From a virus (lineage: Duplodnaviria > Heunggongvirae > Uroviricota > Caudoviricetes), in the IMG/VR virus record IMGVR_UViG_3300025392_000640, positions 1 through 37,213 of that record: 37,213 bases of DNA; one strand, 5' to 3'. Below, one piece after another: positions 1 to 9,402 of the stretch. The translations under genes and the position numbers were made by a program. The number at the start of each line of letters is the position of its first letter. Within the stretch, counting starts at the first letter, position 1. The notes below the pieces were generated by a model. It saw only the letters and a list, made by a program, of their open reading frames with translations. It was not told the origin of the DNA and searched no databases.

Positions 1-404
1 CCACCAAATCCATGTGGTCCGTAATATGATGTTATAACATTTCCATTCAAAGAAAAATCTACACCATCATCACCATCAATTCCAAATATGTATGTTCCGG
101 TTTCTTTTGCAACAAAATATCCAGTTACTTTGATACCGGTATAATTGGCCCCATTGGGAAGTCCTGATGGTTGCCAACTACCATTGAAATATAATGTTTT
201 TGCAGCTGTTGATGTTCCACTTGTATAAACAGTTGCGCCCTTAGTAATATCAAACATATTAACAAAATCATTTGAATTATTAGCATATTGACCGGCACCA
301 TTACTAATAATATTATAGACAGTATAATTCAAATAACCCACTCCGGTTTGAGAGTAGGTTATTGAACTAATTAATAAAAATAATATTAGAAGTAATTTCT
401 TCAT
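1..404 (-). CDS. Secreted PA14-domain protein (partial; runs off the window start)
   Basis: Manual translation from ATG at 404 (overlaps stop of 404..2080): MKKLLLILFLLISSITYSQ signal peptide, then GYFVAKETGTYIFGIDGDDGVDFSLNGNVITSYYGPHG, matching the PA14 G-x-Y-x-F...DDG...NG pattern. Not in the ORF track. Confidence 0.75.
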   Translation of the reverse strand, partial: MKKLLLILFLLISSITYSQTGVGYLNYTVYNIISNGAGQYANNSNDFVNMFDITKGATVYTSGTSTAAKTLYFNGSWQPSGLPNGANYTGIKVTGYFVAKETGTYIFGIDGDDGVDFSLNGNVITSYYGPHGFG

Positions 405-2080
405 TATTGTACAACAAGGTTAATTTTGTTACCACCCGCATCAACTGCATCAGCCAATACGAAGAAGAACAAACCTGCTGTATTTTGTAAAGGAACTTTT
501 GGTGTAAATGTTAATGTATAAGGAGTTCCTGTTTTAATTCTAGCAGTTTTGATTTGGTCAATTGAACCAAATGTTAATCTTCCGTTATTGTGAGTTGAGA
601 AGTTTGTTATATCACTACCAGCATCAAATGTAACATTATCTAAACTTACTTTAGTAGAATCATAATTCATAATAACTTGTAAACCTGCCAAGTTTTGTTT
701 TGTTAAATCAGCAGTTAGAATTACTTTACCATTTACAATTGATGAATTGATGTTTAAGTTTGCAGTATCCAATGGAGCTGGTGTATAAGCCAATGTTGAA
801 TTAGATGCTATTGAGAATGATTTAATTGTAGCTGATGGTGTTGGTATTGCTTTTTCAGAATTTGTGTAAACACCATTGTTAATACTTACTCCAATTTGTG
901 CAGGTGATGGAGATTCATTAAATGCCATATCACCACCCCAAGCGTAAACTGCGTTTACAGTTTGATTCGGGTCAGTTACATAAACTCTATAAGTAGGTGT
1001 ACCATCTAACCAACTTTGATTTAATAATCCACTATGCCATGCTATATTTGTTGCAGTTGATGTTGGAATATTTGCTACTGAGCTCATATCTTGCCCCATT
1101 ACATGTGCAAATAAATAATAAGGGTCTTTTTCAGTAAATGTAGTATCACCTTTACCAACCATACCAATCATTTTTTCCAATTTAGGATATGTCCAATAAG
1201 TTTGATTACCTGTAATATCAACTTGCGAAACACCTAAAAATGCTTTATATGCATCTGCAACAGTCACAATATTATCCATAAATGTTTTTTGATAAGCCGG
1301 TGTTATGAATACACCAACACTATCACCCACTTTAATACCCGATGTGAATGTTACCATACCACTTGCATCCAATGAACCTACTTTAATTGGTTGTTGAGTC
1401 CAATCAATACTACCATCTGCTTTAATGTGCATTAATTGAACATTGTGTTGATTGATGTTTGTATATGTTGATGGATATAACACTTTAATAGTGAATGAAG
1501 AAGTTGCTCCAGTTACAGTTCCTAATGAAAGTGTAGATTGTGTTGTTGTTACACTTGATATAGTTGTACCAGCAGCACTATCTAAAGCGTATGCTAAATC
1601 TAATTTGTGAACATTTGCATAAGAAGCAACATCTTTTAATACAAATTTTTGAGTTGCTAATGTACCACTAATTGATTTATCAGTTCTTTGTACAGTTAAT
1701 TGTCCAACATTGTTTCCAGTTGTTGATACATAATTCCAAGGAGTATGTCCGTATTGTCCATACAAATCAGTTGTTGCTGAGTTTGTGTTTGGGTTGAATA
1801 CATAGTTTGTCCACTCATAAAAATATGTTTGAGTAGAACTACCTTGTCCAAATGTAGTACTATTAGATACCATACTCATTGCTGCTGCATTGTATTGATA
1901 TCTCAACCACACATATCTTGCTTTAGATAAACCACTAACATTATAGCTAACAGTAATGGTATCACCAACTTTAAGATTTGTTGATGGTGAATAACTTTGA
2001 TTTATTACCAATTGAGCTTCAGCTTTAAATGATAATAGGGATATGATTATAATCCCTAAAAATGTTAATAATTTTTTCAT
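404..2080 (-). CDS. Secreted beta-rich protein with cohesin-like domains and a degenerate dockerin-like middle segment
   Basis: Signal peptide (..SFKAEA|Q). C-terminal LAGLQVIMNYDSTKVSL...DAVDAGGNKINL resembles cohesin; N-terminal KVGDTITVSY...LRYQYN is similar; IVTVADAYKAFL is dockerin-like. Confidence 0.55.
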   Translation of the reverse strand: MKKLLTFLGIIIISLLSFKAEAQLVINQSYSPSTNLKVGDTITVSYNVSGLSKARYVWLRYQYNAAAMSMVSNSTTFGQGSSTQTYFYEWTNYVFNPNTNSATTDLYGQYGHTPWNYVSTTGNNVGQLTVQRTDKSISGTLATQKFVLKDVASYANVHKLDLAYALDSAAGTTISSVTTTQSTLSLGTVTGATSSFTIKVLYPSTYTNINQHNVQLMHIKADGSIDWTQQPIKVGSLDASGMVTFTSGIKVGDSVGVFITPAYQKTFMDNIVTVADAYKAFLGVSQVDITGNQTYWTYPKLEKMIGMVGKGDTTFTEKDPYYLFAHVMGQDMSSVANIPTSTATNIAWHSGLLNQSWLDGTPTYRVYVTDPNQTVNAVYAWGGDMAFNESPSPAQIGVSINNGVYTNSEKAIPTPSATIKSFSIASNSTLAYTPAPLDTANLNINSSIVNGKVILTADLTKQNLAGLQVIMNYDSTKVSLDNVTFDAGSDITNFSTHNNGRLTFGSIDQIKTARIKTGTPYTLTFTPKVPLQNTAGLFFFVLADAVDAGGNKINLVVQ

Positions 2081-2081
2081 C

Positions 2082-2732
2082 TTATTTCTTTCCTAACAAT
2101 TTTGTTATTAGCTTGTCAGAAGCTTTCTTAAGAGCGTTGCTTAAAGATGTTTGATTAAATTTACCACCTTCATCAACTATTAATGTAGACATTGAGATTT
2201 CTGATGATGATTCTTCAACCACCACTTCTTTCTCCTTCTTTCCATCTTTATATAGAATACCTTGCAATCTAACTACCACTTCTTCTTCCCCTTTATGGAA
2301 TACTGAAATGTTAGATTTAGTTGAAAGTACATCCAAATAAACAATATTTACTTTTAATTTGTATGGAGCATCTTGAGAAAGGTCATATCCCTTTTCCTGA
2401 ACATATTCTTCCAAAATGTTCTTTACTCCAAATGCAAGATTACGATTTCCTGCTAATTTACCAATTTTAACTTGGTTTTCTACCGATTCAACCCAAATGT
2501 GGTCTTCGGCATTATACCAAATATTACCAGGTGAGTTTTTAAATGTACCATCGATTTTCCAATCAATTTGATTTACGATGTTTTGTTCCATCCCTTCCGG
2601 TCCCCAGAAGTGAACTGCTAACATTGCCATTTGAAATAGAAATGCTGCTAATACGAATACCAATAGAGATTTAACAATTAATAATCCTAATTGCTCTCTC
2701 CAATTTGCTACAAACGATTTAATGTAAGACAT
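2082..2732 (-). CDS. Membrane-anchored protein, CsgG/lipoprotein-like alpha-beta fold
   Basis: N-terminal hydrophobic segment; GNRNLAFGVKNILEEYVQEKGYDL and a C-terminal LSNALKKASDKL helix resemble CsgG-like proteins. Confidence 0.4.
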   Translation of the reverse strand: MSYIKSFVANWREQLGLLIVKSLLVFVLAAFLFQMAMLAVHFWGPEGMEQNIVNQIDWKIDGTFKNSPGNIWYNAEDHIWVESVENQVKIGKLAGNRNLAFGVKNILEEYVQEKGYDLSQDAPYKLKVNIVYLDVLSTKSNISVFHKGEEEVVVRLQGILYKDGKKEKEVVVEESSSEISMSTLIVDEGGKFNQTSLSNALKKASDKLITKLLGKK

Positions 2733-2834
2733 AATTTTTACCTTTTAGTTATTACTATAACCAATTGCGGTAACTAATTAACGAAATCTATTGAAAAAAC
2801 CTATTGTGGGGGTGATATCCTTCTTTTTTAAGAA

Positions 2835-2873
2835 TAAAAAAGGGGATTCAATGATAAATATCACCAAATCCCC
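2835..2873 (-). terminator. Rho-independent terminator
   Basis: GGGGATT (2842-2848)/AATCCCC (2867-2873) stem with a T-run on the - strand, downstream of 2899..3270. Confidence 0.6.
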
Positions 2874-2898
2874 AATTCCGATTATATTTTGTGTTAAA

Positions 2899-3270
2899 TT
2901 ATTGTAAGTTCACCAATTTATATTTCGTAGAATATAATAGTTCAGAAACATTATCTAATTGATTTTGAATCCAGCTATCTTGTAAATTCTCAGCTTTTCT
3001 TTCGTTTTCTAAGAATTTTATCAATAAATCAAAATATCTAAGTATGTTTTCTGCTGAACAATCGTTATCAATTCCGTTTACTGGTTTAAATTCAATCAAA
3101 CCATATTTTCCTTGATATGATTCTACTAAACCATCGATTAAATCTACAATCTCATCGTAATATTCGTTTAATGCTTTATGAGCTGCGTAAGCTCCTGGTC
3201 CTTTCACTCCCAAATGGAATCTATGTACTTGTGTACGGCTGTGAAAGAACATTGATGCGATATTTTCCAT
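2899..3270 (-). CDS. Ferritin-like four-helix phage protein (DUF5856-like)
   Basis: HSRTQVHRFHL...AHKALNEYYDEIVDLIDGLVESYQG. Start moved to MENIAS (3270) to avoid overlap with the upstream gene; ATATTTAT motif lies 23 nt upstream. Confidence 0.65.
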   Translation of the reverse strand: MENIASMFFHSRTQVHRFHLGVKGPGAYAAHKALNEYYDEIVDLIDGLVESYQGKYGLIEFKPVNGIDNDCSAENILRYFDLLIKFLENERKAENLQDSWIQNQLDNVSELLYSTKYKLVNLQ

Positions 3271-3275
3271 AATTA

Positions 3276-4013
3276 TTAGTCTTCTTGTTCTAATAAATAT
3301 TGTTCTTCCCAAAAATCGTTACTTTTGGATGTAACAATTCCATGGTCTAAATAATCGTTTAGCATTTTTGTTTGATGTTTCTTCATCTCATTAACTACCT
3401 TTGTAATATAATGAGTTTTACAATCTGTCATTTCTCTAATAAGAAGATATAGATGTTTCTTATTAAAGTTTTCTATAAATTTACTTCTGCGGAATAATTC
3501 TAATACTGCATCTGCAATCTGAATATCTCTTTTCTTTGTGAATACTCTTGTCAAATTTAAATCCCAATATTTTAACATTAGTTCTTTAAATTCATTTAGT
3601 TCTTCACCAAATTCTTCTTCTCTAAAATCATTTTCAGGATTCCAACTTTCAGGCATTTCTGAGATAGGAGTGGTTTTTTTGAATCTTTTGTAGTTACCAT
3701 TATTTTTAAGAATTAAATGGTTTTTAGCTACAATACTAAAATAGGAGAAGGCTTTACCCTTTCCTTCTTGAAACATATGTATTTTTTCTATTAGTGTAGA
3801 TACAACTTCCATTTGAATATCCGATTTAGGAACATCAAAATAAGAAAATTTAAAAGTGTTTAAAACATTTTCTGCAAGCTTTTCAAATGGATATTGAATG
3901 CTTTCAACATAAATTCTATTTCTTTCTCTTTGGTCAGTTGTTTTGTTATATAAAATAATTGCGTTTTCAGTATCTTGACTGAAGTAGATTTTGTTCTTCC
4001 TTTTGCGAGGCAT
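3276..4013 (-). CDS. Phage sigma-factor-like protein (gp55-like late sigma candidate)
   Basis: Sigma region-2-like segment DIQMEVVSTLIEKIHMFQEGKGKAFSYFSIVAKNHLI; helical, basic protein. Confidence 0.55.
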   Translation of the reverse strand: MPRKRKNKIYFSQDTENAIILYNKTTDQRERNRIYVESIQYPFEKLAENVLNTFKFSYFDVPKSDIQMEVVSTLIEKIHMFQEGKGKAFSYFSIVAKNHLILKNNGNYKRFKKTTPISEMPESWNPENDFREEEFGEELNEFKELMLKYWDLNLTRVFTKKRDIQIADAVLELFRRSKFIENFNKKHLYLLIREMTDCKTHYITKVVNEMKKHQTKMLNDYLDHGIVTSKSNDFWEEQYLLEQED

Positions 4014-4015
4014 TT

Positions 4016-4291
4016 TTAAATTTCATTTTTGTAGGTTTCAATCAGATTAATAATTTCTTTATAAGCTCCACCAACCTCATCATCGGCTTCAAAAGCTCCT
4101 TTTAAATCATAATCTCTCATAGTCTCTAATAATGTCTCCAATTTATCTAAAGTATTTTCTCTTTCAATTTCCATAGCATCAGTATATTCGTTTAACTCAT
4201 CGTTAGCACGAATATATTGTAAACCCCTTCTTAAAAGAAAAATATTTAATATAATTGAAGCTGTTATTAGTAATATTAATACTGTAATCAT
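4016..4291 (-). CDS. Hypothetical protein with N-terminal TM helix and coiled coil
   Basis: Start moved to MITVLILL (4291) because a consensus promoter at 4311-4342 lies inside the track's longer N-terminus. Confidence 0.7.
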   Translation of the reverse strand: MITVLILLITASIILNIFLLRRGLQYIRANDELNEYTDAMEIERENTLDKLETLLETMRDYDLKGAFEADDEVGGAYKEIINLIETYKNEI

Positions 4292-4310
4292 GTTATTGTA
4301 ATTTATTATA

Positions 4311-4342
4311 CAAATATACAACTTTTTTATGAAACTACCAAA
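4311..4342 (-). promoter_or_regulatory. Bacteroidota primary-sigma promoter
   Basis: TTTG-N20-TATATTTG on the - strand. Confidence 0.75.
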
Positions 4343-4343
4343 T

Positions 4344-4580
4344 TTATGCTTCACCCATTTGGTTTCCGAACATTTTACCCTTTAAATAATCGGCTTGGAC
4401 TTCTTCTCTTGCTTTATCTAATTGTTCTTGGGCCCATTGCATTTTAGCTTGGAATCTTAAATCTAATTTATCTTCTTTGACCTTTTTAGTTTCTATTAAC
4501 TCATCTACTAAAGATTCTAATAACATTTGTAATACCAATATCTTTTCGTTTTGCTTTTGAATTAAATCATATGGTGTCAT
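4344..4580 (-). CDS. Hypothetical coiled-coil protein
   Basis: 78-aa ORF, tightly packed with its neighbours. Confidence 0.7.
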   Translation of the reverse strand: MTPYDLIQKQNEKILVLQMLLESLVDELIETKKVKEDKLDLRFQAKMQWAQEQLDKAREEVQADYLKGKMFGNQMGEA

Positions 4581-4822
4581 TATTTGGTATTTTTAAATTG
4601 TTCTTCAAGAAATGATTTTAATTCTTCTATATCTTTTTTAGAATCACCATATTCATCTTCAAATGCTTTTTTAATACTTTCATCAGTATATCCCATAGCT
4701 CCTGCCATTCTCATACAAATTCTCTTATATTCCCAAATATCTAAATCATTAGGTACATCAAATGATATTTTAGAAGCTTCTCTATTTTCGGTTTCATCTA
4801 TTGTAAATGTAAAGTTTGCCAT
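4580..4822 (-). CDS. Hypothetical protein
   Basis: 80-aa ORF with start/stop coupling to its neighbours. Confidence 0.7.
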   Translation of the reverse strand: MANFTFTIDETENREASKISFDVPNDLDIWEYKRICMRMAGAMGYTDESIKKAFEDEYGDSKKDIEELKSFLEEQFKNTK

Positions 4823-4824
4823 AA

Positions 4825-5397
4825 TTAAACAATTTGATATCCTTTAACTAAATAAGAATCTACTTTCTTACTTTTTACAAATTCCATTTCACCATTAGGT
4901 CCTTGCAACATTACTCTTTCGTTTCTACCAGGTTCTTTATCCTTAGTAATGGTTTCTGAGTATGCTCTATTCTTATCGGTAATATCAATACCATCAATAG
5001 CATCTATCAATCTTTGAACTAATACTGCTTCTAATAATCCTTCATCTCCAAAGAACTCATCAGCCGTATTCCACTCATCTTTTGATGCTTTAAACTCAAC
5101 TTTACCCAAATTGTCAGTATCAACTACAACATATGGAAAACGGATAGTTTTTCTAACCTTTTCTTTATGTGAATCTTTTTCAAAATAAACTAAAGGTTGA
5201 CTTGATGTTTTTGATATTTTTGGATTTACTAATGTTAGTTCATCTTCAATATTTCCTAAACGAATGGTAATAATTCTTTTATCCATATTAACATCCGATG
5301 CGGTAAACATAAAACCTTTTAGTTTAGATACAGCTTCCTTATAATTTGTTACATCATCTGCTGTAATTGATGACTGTTCAATTTTGAGTACTTTCAT
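4825..5397 (-). CDS. Peptide deformylase homolog, degenerate active site
   Basis: PDF scaffold recognisable (ASDVNMDKRII, LVNPKI, KTIRFPYVVV, EGLLEAVLVQRLIDAIDG), but the EGCLS and HExxH motifs are absent. Confidence 0.7.
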   Translation of the reverse strand: MKVLKIEQSSITADDVTNYKEAVSKLKGFMFTASDVNMDKRIITIRLGNIEDELTLVNPKISKTSSQPLVYFEKDSHKEKVRKTIRFPYVVVDTDNLGKVEFKASKDEWNTADEFFGDEGLLEAVLVQRLIDAIDGIDITDKNRAYSETITKDKEPGRNERVMLQGPNGEMEFVKSKKVDSYLVKGYQIV

Positions 5398-5415
5398 AAC
5401 CTTTATTTGTGTATA

Positions 5416-6087
5416 TTATTTAAATTTAATTCCCGTTAATTTTGTGATATCTGCTACATTTACTTTGTGAGATTCTAAACCAGTTTGTTTTTGGTCTTTG
5501 TTATCAAATAAGAAAGCTAACCACTCTTTAGTTTTTACTATATAAACTACTTTCCAACATTGTGTAGGAATAGCCATATTATCTGGTCCTAAAACTTCTG
5601 CTTTACCAATGTTACCACACCATACATGTACTGAATCATTTGCTATTGACCATTGTCTTTCTGCTGTTTCCAATGATTTCCAATCACCTGCGTTTAATGC
5701 ATGGTATTGAGGAGCCATGTTTGAGAAGTAGAAACATTCAGTTTGAACTTGTGGAGTTTGGCAAAGGTTATCAGCCGCTGGACACATATGCCCTCTATCG
5801 AATCCCTTTAAACCTTTTGCTTTATGAGCTTGATTTGCTGCATCATAATCAGCTTGGATTTTAGTATCTGCTACATCTAATGGGTCTGGTGCAAATTGGT
5901 CTTTTCTTGCCATTGGAGAAGCACAACCTACTTTTGCTTTCGTATCCCACCATTCTACTAATGTAGGGTACTTTAAAGATTTAGAATAAGTTGCTGTGTA
6001 GTTTGTGTGTTTTAAAACTACCAAATCTTGCGAAAATGTTACCATTACTATTAATAAGGTAACAAAAGTTAAGAACATTTTTTTCAT
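5416..6087 (-). CDS. Secreted DNA/RNA non-specific endonuclease (NucA/EndG-type His-Me finger)
   Basis: DRGHMCPAAD catalytic motif, FYFSNMAPQ, LNAGDWKSLE; signal peptide ending TFS|Q. Confidence 0.9.
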   Translation of the reverse strand: MKKMFLTFVTLLIVMVTFSQDLVVLKHTNYTATYSKSLKYPTLVEWWDTKAKVGCASPMARKDQFAPDPLDVADTKIQADYDAANQAHKAKGLKGFDRGHMCPAADNLCQTPQVQTECFYFSNMAPQYHALNAGDWKSLETAERQWSIANDSVHVWCGNIGKAEVLGPDNMAIPTQCWKVVYIVKTKEWLAFLFDNKDQKQTGLESHKVNVADITKLTGIKFK

Positions 6088-6118
6088 AATATTTGTTTTT
6101 TTGTTTGTATATAAATAT

Positions 6119-6298
6119 TTACTTTTTATCTTTAATAGACTCTAAGTATTTCTCTATTTGCTCAGTTAAATAATCTATTGAACCTTCCGGTCCTTCATAA
6201 CCCTCATACTTCATATATGTTTTTATTTTTTGAGGATTTTCTTTTAATTCCTTTTCCAATTCCTCTTTAGTTGGTAAGTGGGCTGTTATATATGTCAT
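6119..6298 (-). CDS. Small hypothetical protein (59 aa)
   Basis: Manual translation MTYITAHLPTKEELEKELKENPQKIKTYMKYEGYEG...; ATG overlaps the stop of 6298..6684. Below the track cutoff. Confidence 0.65.
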   Translation of the reverse strand: MTYITAHLPTKEELEKELKENPQKIKTYMKYEGYEGPEGSIDYLTEQIEKYLESIKDKK

Positions 6299-6684
6299 TA
6301 TTCTAAATCGCTTGGTTGGTTTCTATAAATTCTATAACTATCATCATCAAAATGCTGAGTACTAACTTCAAATACAGTTGCTTCATCCGTTAGTGCAGTT
6401 AATTGATGTGGTAATCCTTTTTTAATTTCAACTACATCTCCTTTTTGTAATTGAGTATAACATCTTTCTCCATTTTCAGTATCAATCCAATCAAATTGAA
6501 ATGCTCCATTTTGGATATACCAAGTTTCATCTTTAATCATATGATAATGCATTGAGAATTTATTACCAGCATTAGAAAATACTAATAACTTACCACAATA
6601 ATCAGTATCATTATGTATCCATAATTCATATCCCCACTTTTTATCAACTCTTTTTGGAGCTTGTATTTTTACATCGTATATCAT
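6298..6684 (-). CDS. Cupin-domain protein (mannose-6-P isomerase/sugar isomerase-like)
   Basis: KKWGYELWI, SMHYHMIKDETWYI, GLPHQL cupin motifs. Confidence 0.8.
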   Translation of the reverse strand: MIYDVKIQAPKRVDKKWGYELWIHNDTDYCGKLLVFSNAGNKFSMHYHMIKDETWYIQNGAFQFDWIDTENGERCYTQLQKGDVVEIKKGLPHQLTALTDEATVFEVSTQHFDDDSYRIYRNQPSDLE

Positions 6685-6685
6685 A

Positions 6686-7303
6686 TTATAATTCTAAATA
6701 AGTTAATCCCTTTACACTTCCAATTTTTCCTTTAAAAAATGAATTAAAAGCTAAACTAATACGAGTTTCATTTCCCTTAACTGGTGGTACTGTATGATAT
6801 GTATTTGATGGAAATAGTATTAATTCATATTTTCCAACTTTAAATACAACTTCTTTAGTATTAAAGTCATTTAAATTTTTAGATTCCAATTCAAATACTA
6901 TATTTTCATTTTTTATAAACATAATTTCATCAATATTTTTATCTGCATTTATATAAAAAACTCCACTTACAATACTATTTGGATGATAATGATTATGATG
7001 AAATTCAGTTGGTTTTGTAAAATTTAACCAAGATTGCGTAATTGCTAATTTAATATCATCTATATTATTGGGTGATATAACTTCTTTTAAATAAATTTGT
7101 AATGCTTTTTCAGCAAATTCTTTTATATCTTTCATAGAAACATCATTCAATATAAATGAATTTTTACTAGTATCATTACCATGATTTCTATAACAATCTT
7201 TTTTAGTTTTTTTAAAAAATTCTAATTCGTTATCGTTAAATTCTCTATCAAATTTAAATTTTAAAACAGGAGTTGGAAATATTAAATATTCTTTATAATC
7301 CAT
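6686..7303 (-). CDS. 2OG-Fe(II) oxygenase (TIGR02466-like phage family)
   Basis: LIFPTPV, QSWLN, HxH...SGVFYI, LILFPSNTYHTV, RISLAFN. Confidence 0.85.
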   Translation of the reverse strand: MDYKEYLIFPTPVLKFKFDREFNDNELEFFKKTKKDCYRNHGNDTSKNSFILNDVSMKDIKEFAEKALQIYLKEVISPNNIDDIKLAITQSWLNFTKPTEFHHNHYHPNSIVSGVFYINADKNIDEIMFIKNENIVFELESKNLNDFNTKEVVFKVGKYELILFPSNTYHTVPPVKGNETRISLAFNSFFKGKIGSVKGLTYLEL

Positions 7304-7305
7304 AA

Positions 7306-8469
7306 TTAATTACTTAAAGGAGCTTTAATTGTTGGATGACAATGTTCGTTATAATAATGTAACTTAATTGAATCCGGTGTATATGTTTCTAATGTACCAT
7401 CTAATACTAAGTCATCACCATCACCTTTACCAGGCAATAAGAAGTGTGAACGAGTTATTTGTTCTTTAGCTTGCTCAATATGATTTAGGTACAAATGAGT
7501 ATCACCTAAATTAGCAATCAAATCATCTGCTTTCATATTAACTTCCTTTGCTATAATTCTTAATAACAAAGCGTATGAGGTAATGTTAAATGGCAATCCT
7601 AAGAATGTATCAACACTTCTTTGATTCCACATAAGAGATAATCCTCTCGTTGGTGCATCGCACATATCCAATATATCTGATTGTGTATGATAATCTTTAA
7701 TATCCAATTCTTTATCAGAATATCTTTTATGTTTTCTCATACTTTTTTCCCAATTATCAACATGTCCATCAATTAACCCAACCATACCTGCTCTTTCCTG
7801 ATTTGATAATTCTCTAGTGTACAATTGAAATCCATAATGACATGGTGGAAGTACCATTTGGTCTAATTCACCTACATTGTAGGCATTAACCATTAAACGT
7901 CTGCTGTCTGGATTTGTTTTAAGTTCTGAGATTAGGTTTGCGATTTGGTCTATTTGATTATACATTATCGAAGGTCCATTATCTACACTATTGAAAGTTG
8001 TTGTATTAAATACTCCTGTATTTCCGATACCAATTGGTTTTTTCCAACTTCTCCATTGCTTGCCATAGATTGGTCCTAAATCACCCCAATATTTTGCGAA
8101 GGCATCATCGGTTTTAATTCTTTCAATAAAATCTTTTTGTGATACTGGAATATAATATTGAGAATGAGTTTCTGCTAAAGTATCTACATAATTTTTATAA
8201 GCATCTCCGTTCCAAATGTTACAACCATTTTGGACAAGATACTGAATATTAGTATCACCTCGTAAAAACCAAAGTAACTCAGTCACAATTGTTTTGAAAG
8301 GCATTTTCTTTGTTGTAAGTATTGGAAAGTAATGCTCAACATCAGTAAACCTTAAGTTATATCCAAATATTGATTTAGTTCCAGTTCCAGTTCTATCTTT
8401 TTTTTCTATACCAAAATCTAAAATTGTTTGTAAAAGTGTTTGGTATTGTTTATCTACTTGATTTTCCAT
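7306..8469 (-). CDS. thyA: Thymidylate synthase
   Basis: DRTGTGT, ELLWFLRGDTN, LPPCH, NQRSVDTFLGLPFN, GDTHLYLNH. Confidence 0.95.
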   Translation of the reverse strand: MENQVDKQYQTLLQTILDFGIEKKDRTGTGTKSIFGYNLRFTDVEHYFPILTTKKMPFKTIVTELLWFLRGDTNIQYLVQNGCNIWNGDAYKNYVDTLAETHSQYYIPVSQKDFIERIKTDDAFAKYWGDLGPIYGKQWRSWKKPIGIGNTGVFNTTTFNSVDNGPSIMYNQIDQIANLISELKTNPDSRRLMVNAYNVGELDQMVLPPCHYGFQLYTRELSNQERAGMVGLIDGHVDNWEKSMRKHKRYSDKELDIKDYHTQSDILDMCDAPTRGLSLMWNQRSVDTFLGLPFNITSYALLLRIIAKEVNMKADDLIANLGDTHLYLNHIEQAKEQITRSHFLLPGKGDGDDLVLDGTLETYTPDSIKLHYYNEHCHPTIKAPLSN

Positions 8470-8470
8470 A

Positions 8471-9346
8471 TTATTTTATAAAAGGTAATATTGCTAATTC
8501 TTTTGCTTTTGCTTCAACCATTATATCAACATCAAAACCATATGTGTTTGGTAATTGTTTAATATAATCACTATGAGCTTGTGGTTTGTTTCCTTCTTTA
8601 CTTTCTGAATAGTGTACAACCGGTCTTATATTCCAAGGCCAAGTTGATGCTGCCATTTCTAATGCTTCATCTTCGGTTAATACACCTTTACAAAATTGAT
8701 AATGATGATAATCGAATACAATAGGAATTTTAATTCTTTCGTGAATATACATCAAATCACATACTGAATACATTGATGCTTTATCATCATTTTCTACTGT
8801 CAATCTACTTTGTACTGATTTAGATAATCTTTTGAAATTCTTACAAAATCTATCCATTGCTGATTTTTTATCTCCATAAACTCCGTTACAATGTATGTTG
8901 ATTTTGTTATAAGGAGTTTTAGATAAACCCATCATATCAAATACCTTACCATGCAATTCCAAATCAGCAATAGAATTTTTAATAACTTCTTCTTTTGGTG
9001 AAGTTAATACAACAAATGGACCGGGATGTGATGTAATACGAATACCCCAAAACTTTGCAAAATCACCAGCTTTTTTTAATTCACTTTTAATTTCTTTGTA
9101 ATCTTTTAATTGAGTTAAATCAATATGGTCACCCCAAGGAATAAGGGCAGATGATAAACGAAAGAATTTAATTCCGTTCATTCTATTCCATTCTAAAATC
9201 TTAATGATATCTTTTGCATTGAGTAATGCAAGTTCAGAAACATAATCCAAACCTTTTTGTTGGAAAGTTCTCTTAACCATAGTTCGGTTAGTACTAACTT
9301 TCTTACCCATACTCATATTGATACAAGCATATCCTAAATTACCCAT
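8471..9346 (-). CDS. uvsE: UV damage endonuclease
   Basis: LGYACIN, FFRLSS, HPGPFVVLTSP, INIHCNG, LTVENDD, VFDYHH, HSDYI, VEAKAKE. Confidence 0.92.
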   Translation of the reverse strand: MGNLGYACINMSMGKKVSTNRTMVKRTFQQKGLDYVSELALLNAKDIIKILEWNRMNGIKFFRLSSALIPWGDHIDLTQLKDYKEIKSELKKAGDFAKFWGIRITSHPGPFVVLTSPKEEVIKNSIADLELHGKVFDMMGLSKTPYNKINIHCNGVYGDKKSAMDRFCKNFKRLSKSVQSRLTVENDDKASMYSVCDLMYIHERIKIPIVFDYHHYQFCKGVLTEDEALEMAASTWPWNIRPVVHYSESKEGNKPQAHSDYIKQLPNTYGFDVDIMVEAKAKELAILPFIK

Positions 9347-9368
9347 TTCTATATAGTTTGTTGTTATA

Positions 9369-9400
9369 CAAATATACGAAATTTATAGGAATTTACCAAA
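9369..9400 (-). promoter_or_regulatory. Bacteroidota primary-sigma promoter for uvsE-thyA
   Basis: TTTG-N20-TATATTTG. Confidence 0.8.
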
Positions 9401-9402
9401 TA

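Noticed and set aside
7306-8469. ThyA as a dCMP hydroxymethylase or base-modification enzyme
   Set aside because: It retains the Asn of GLPFN that specifies dUMP, and no modification genes are adjacent. The insertions are in variable regions.
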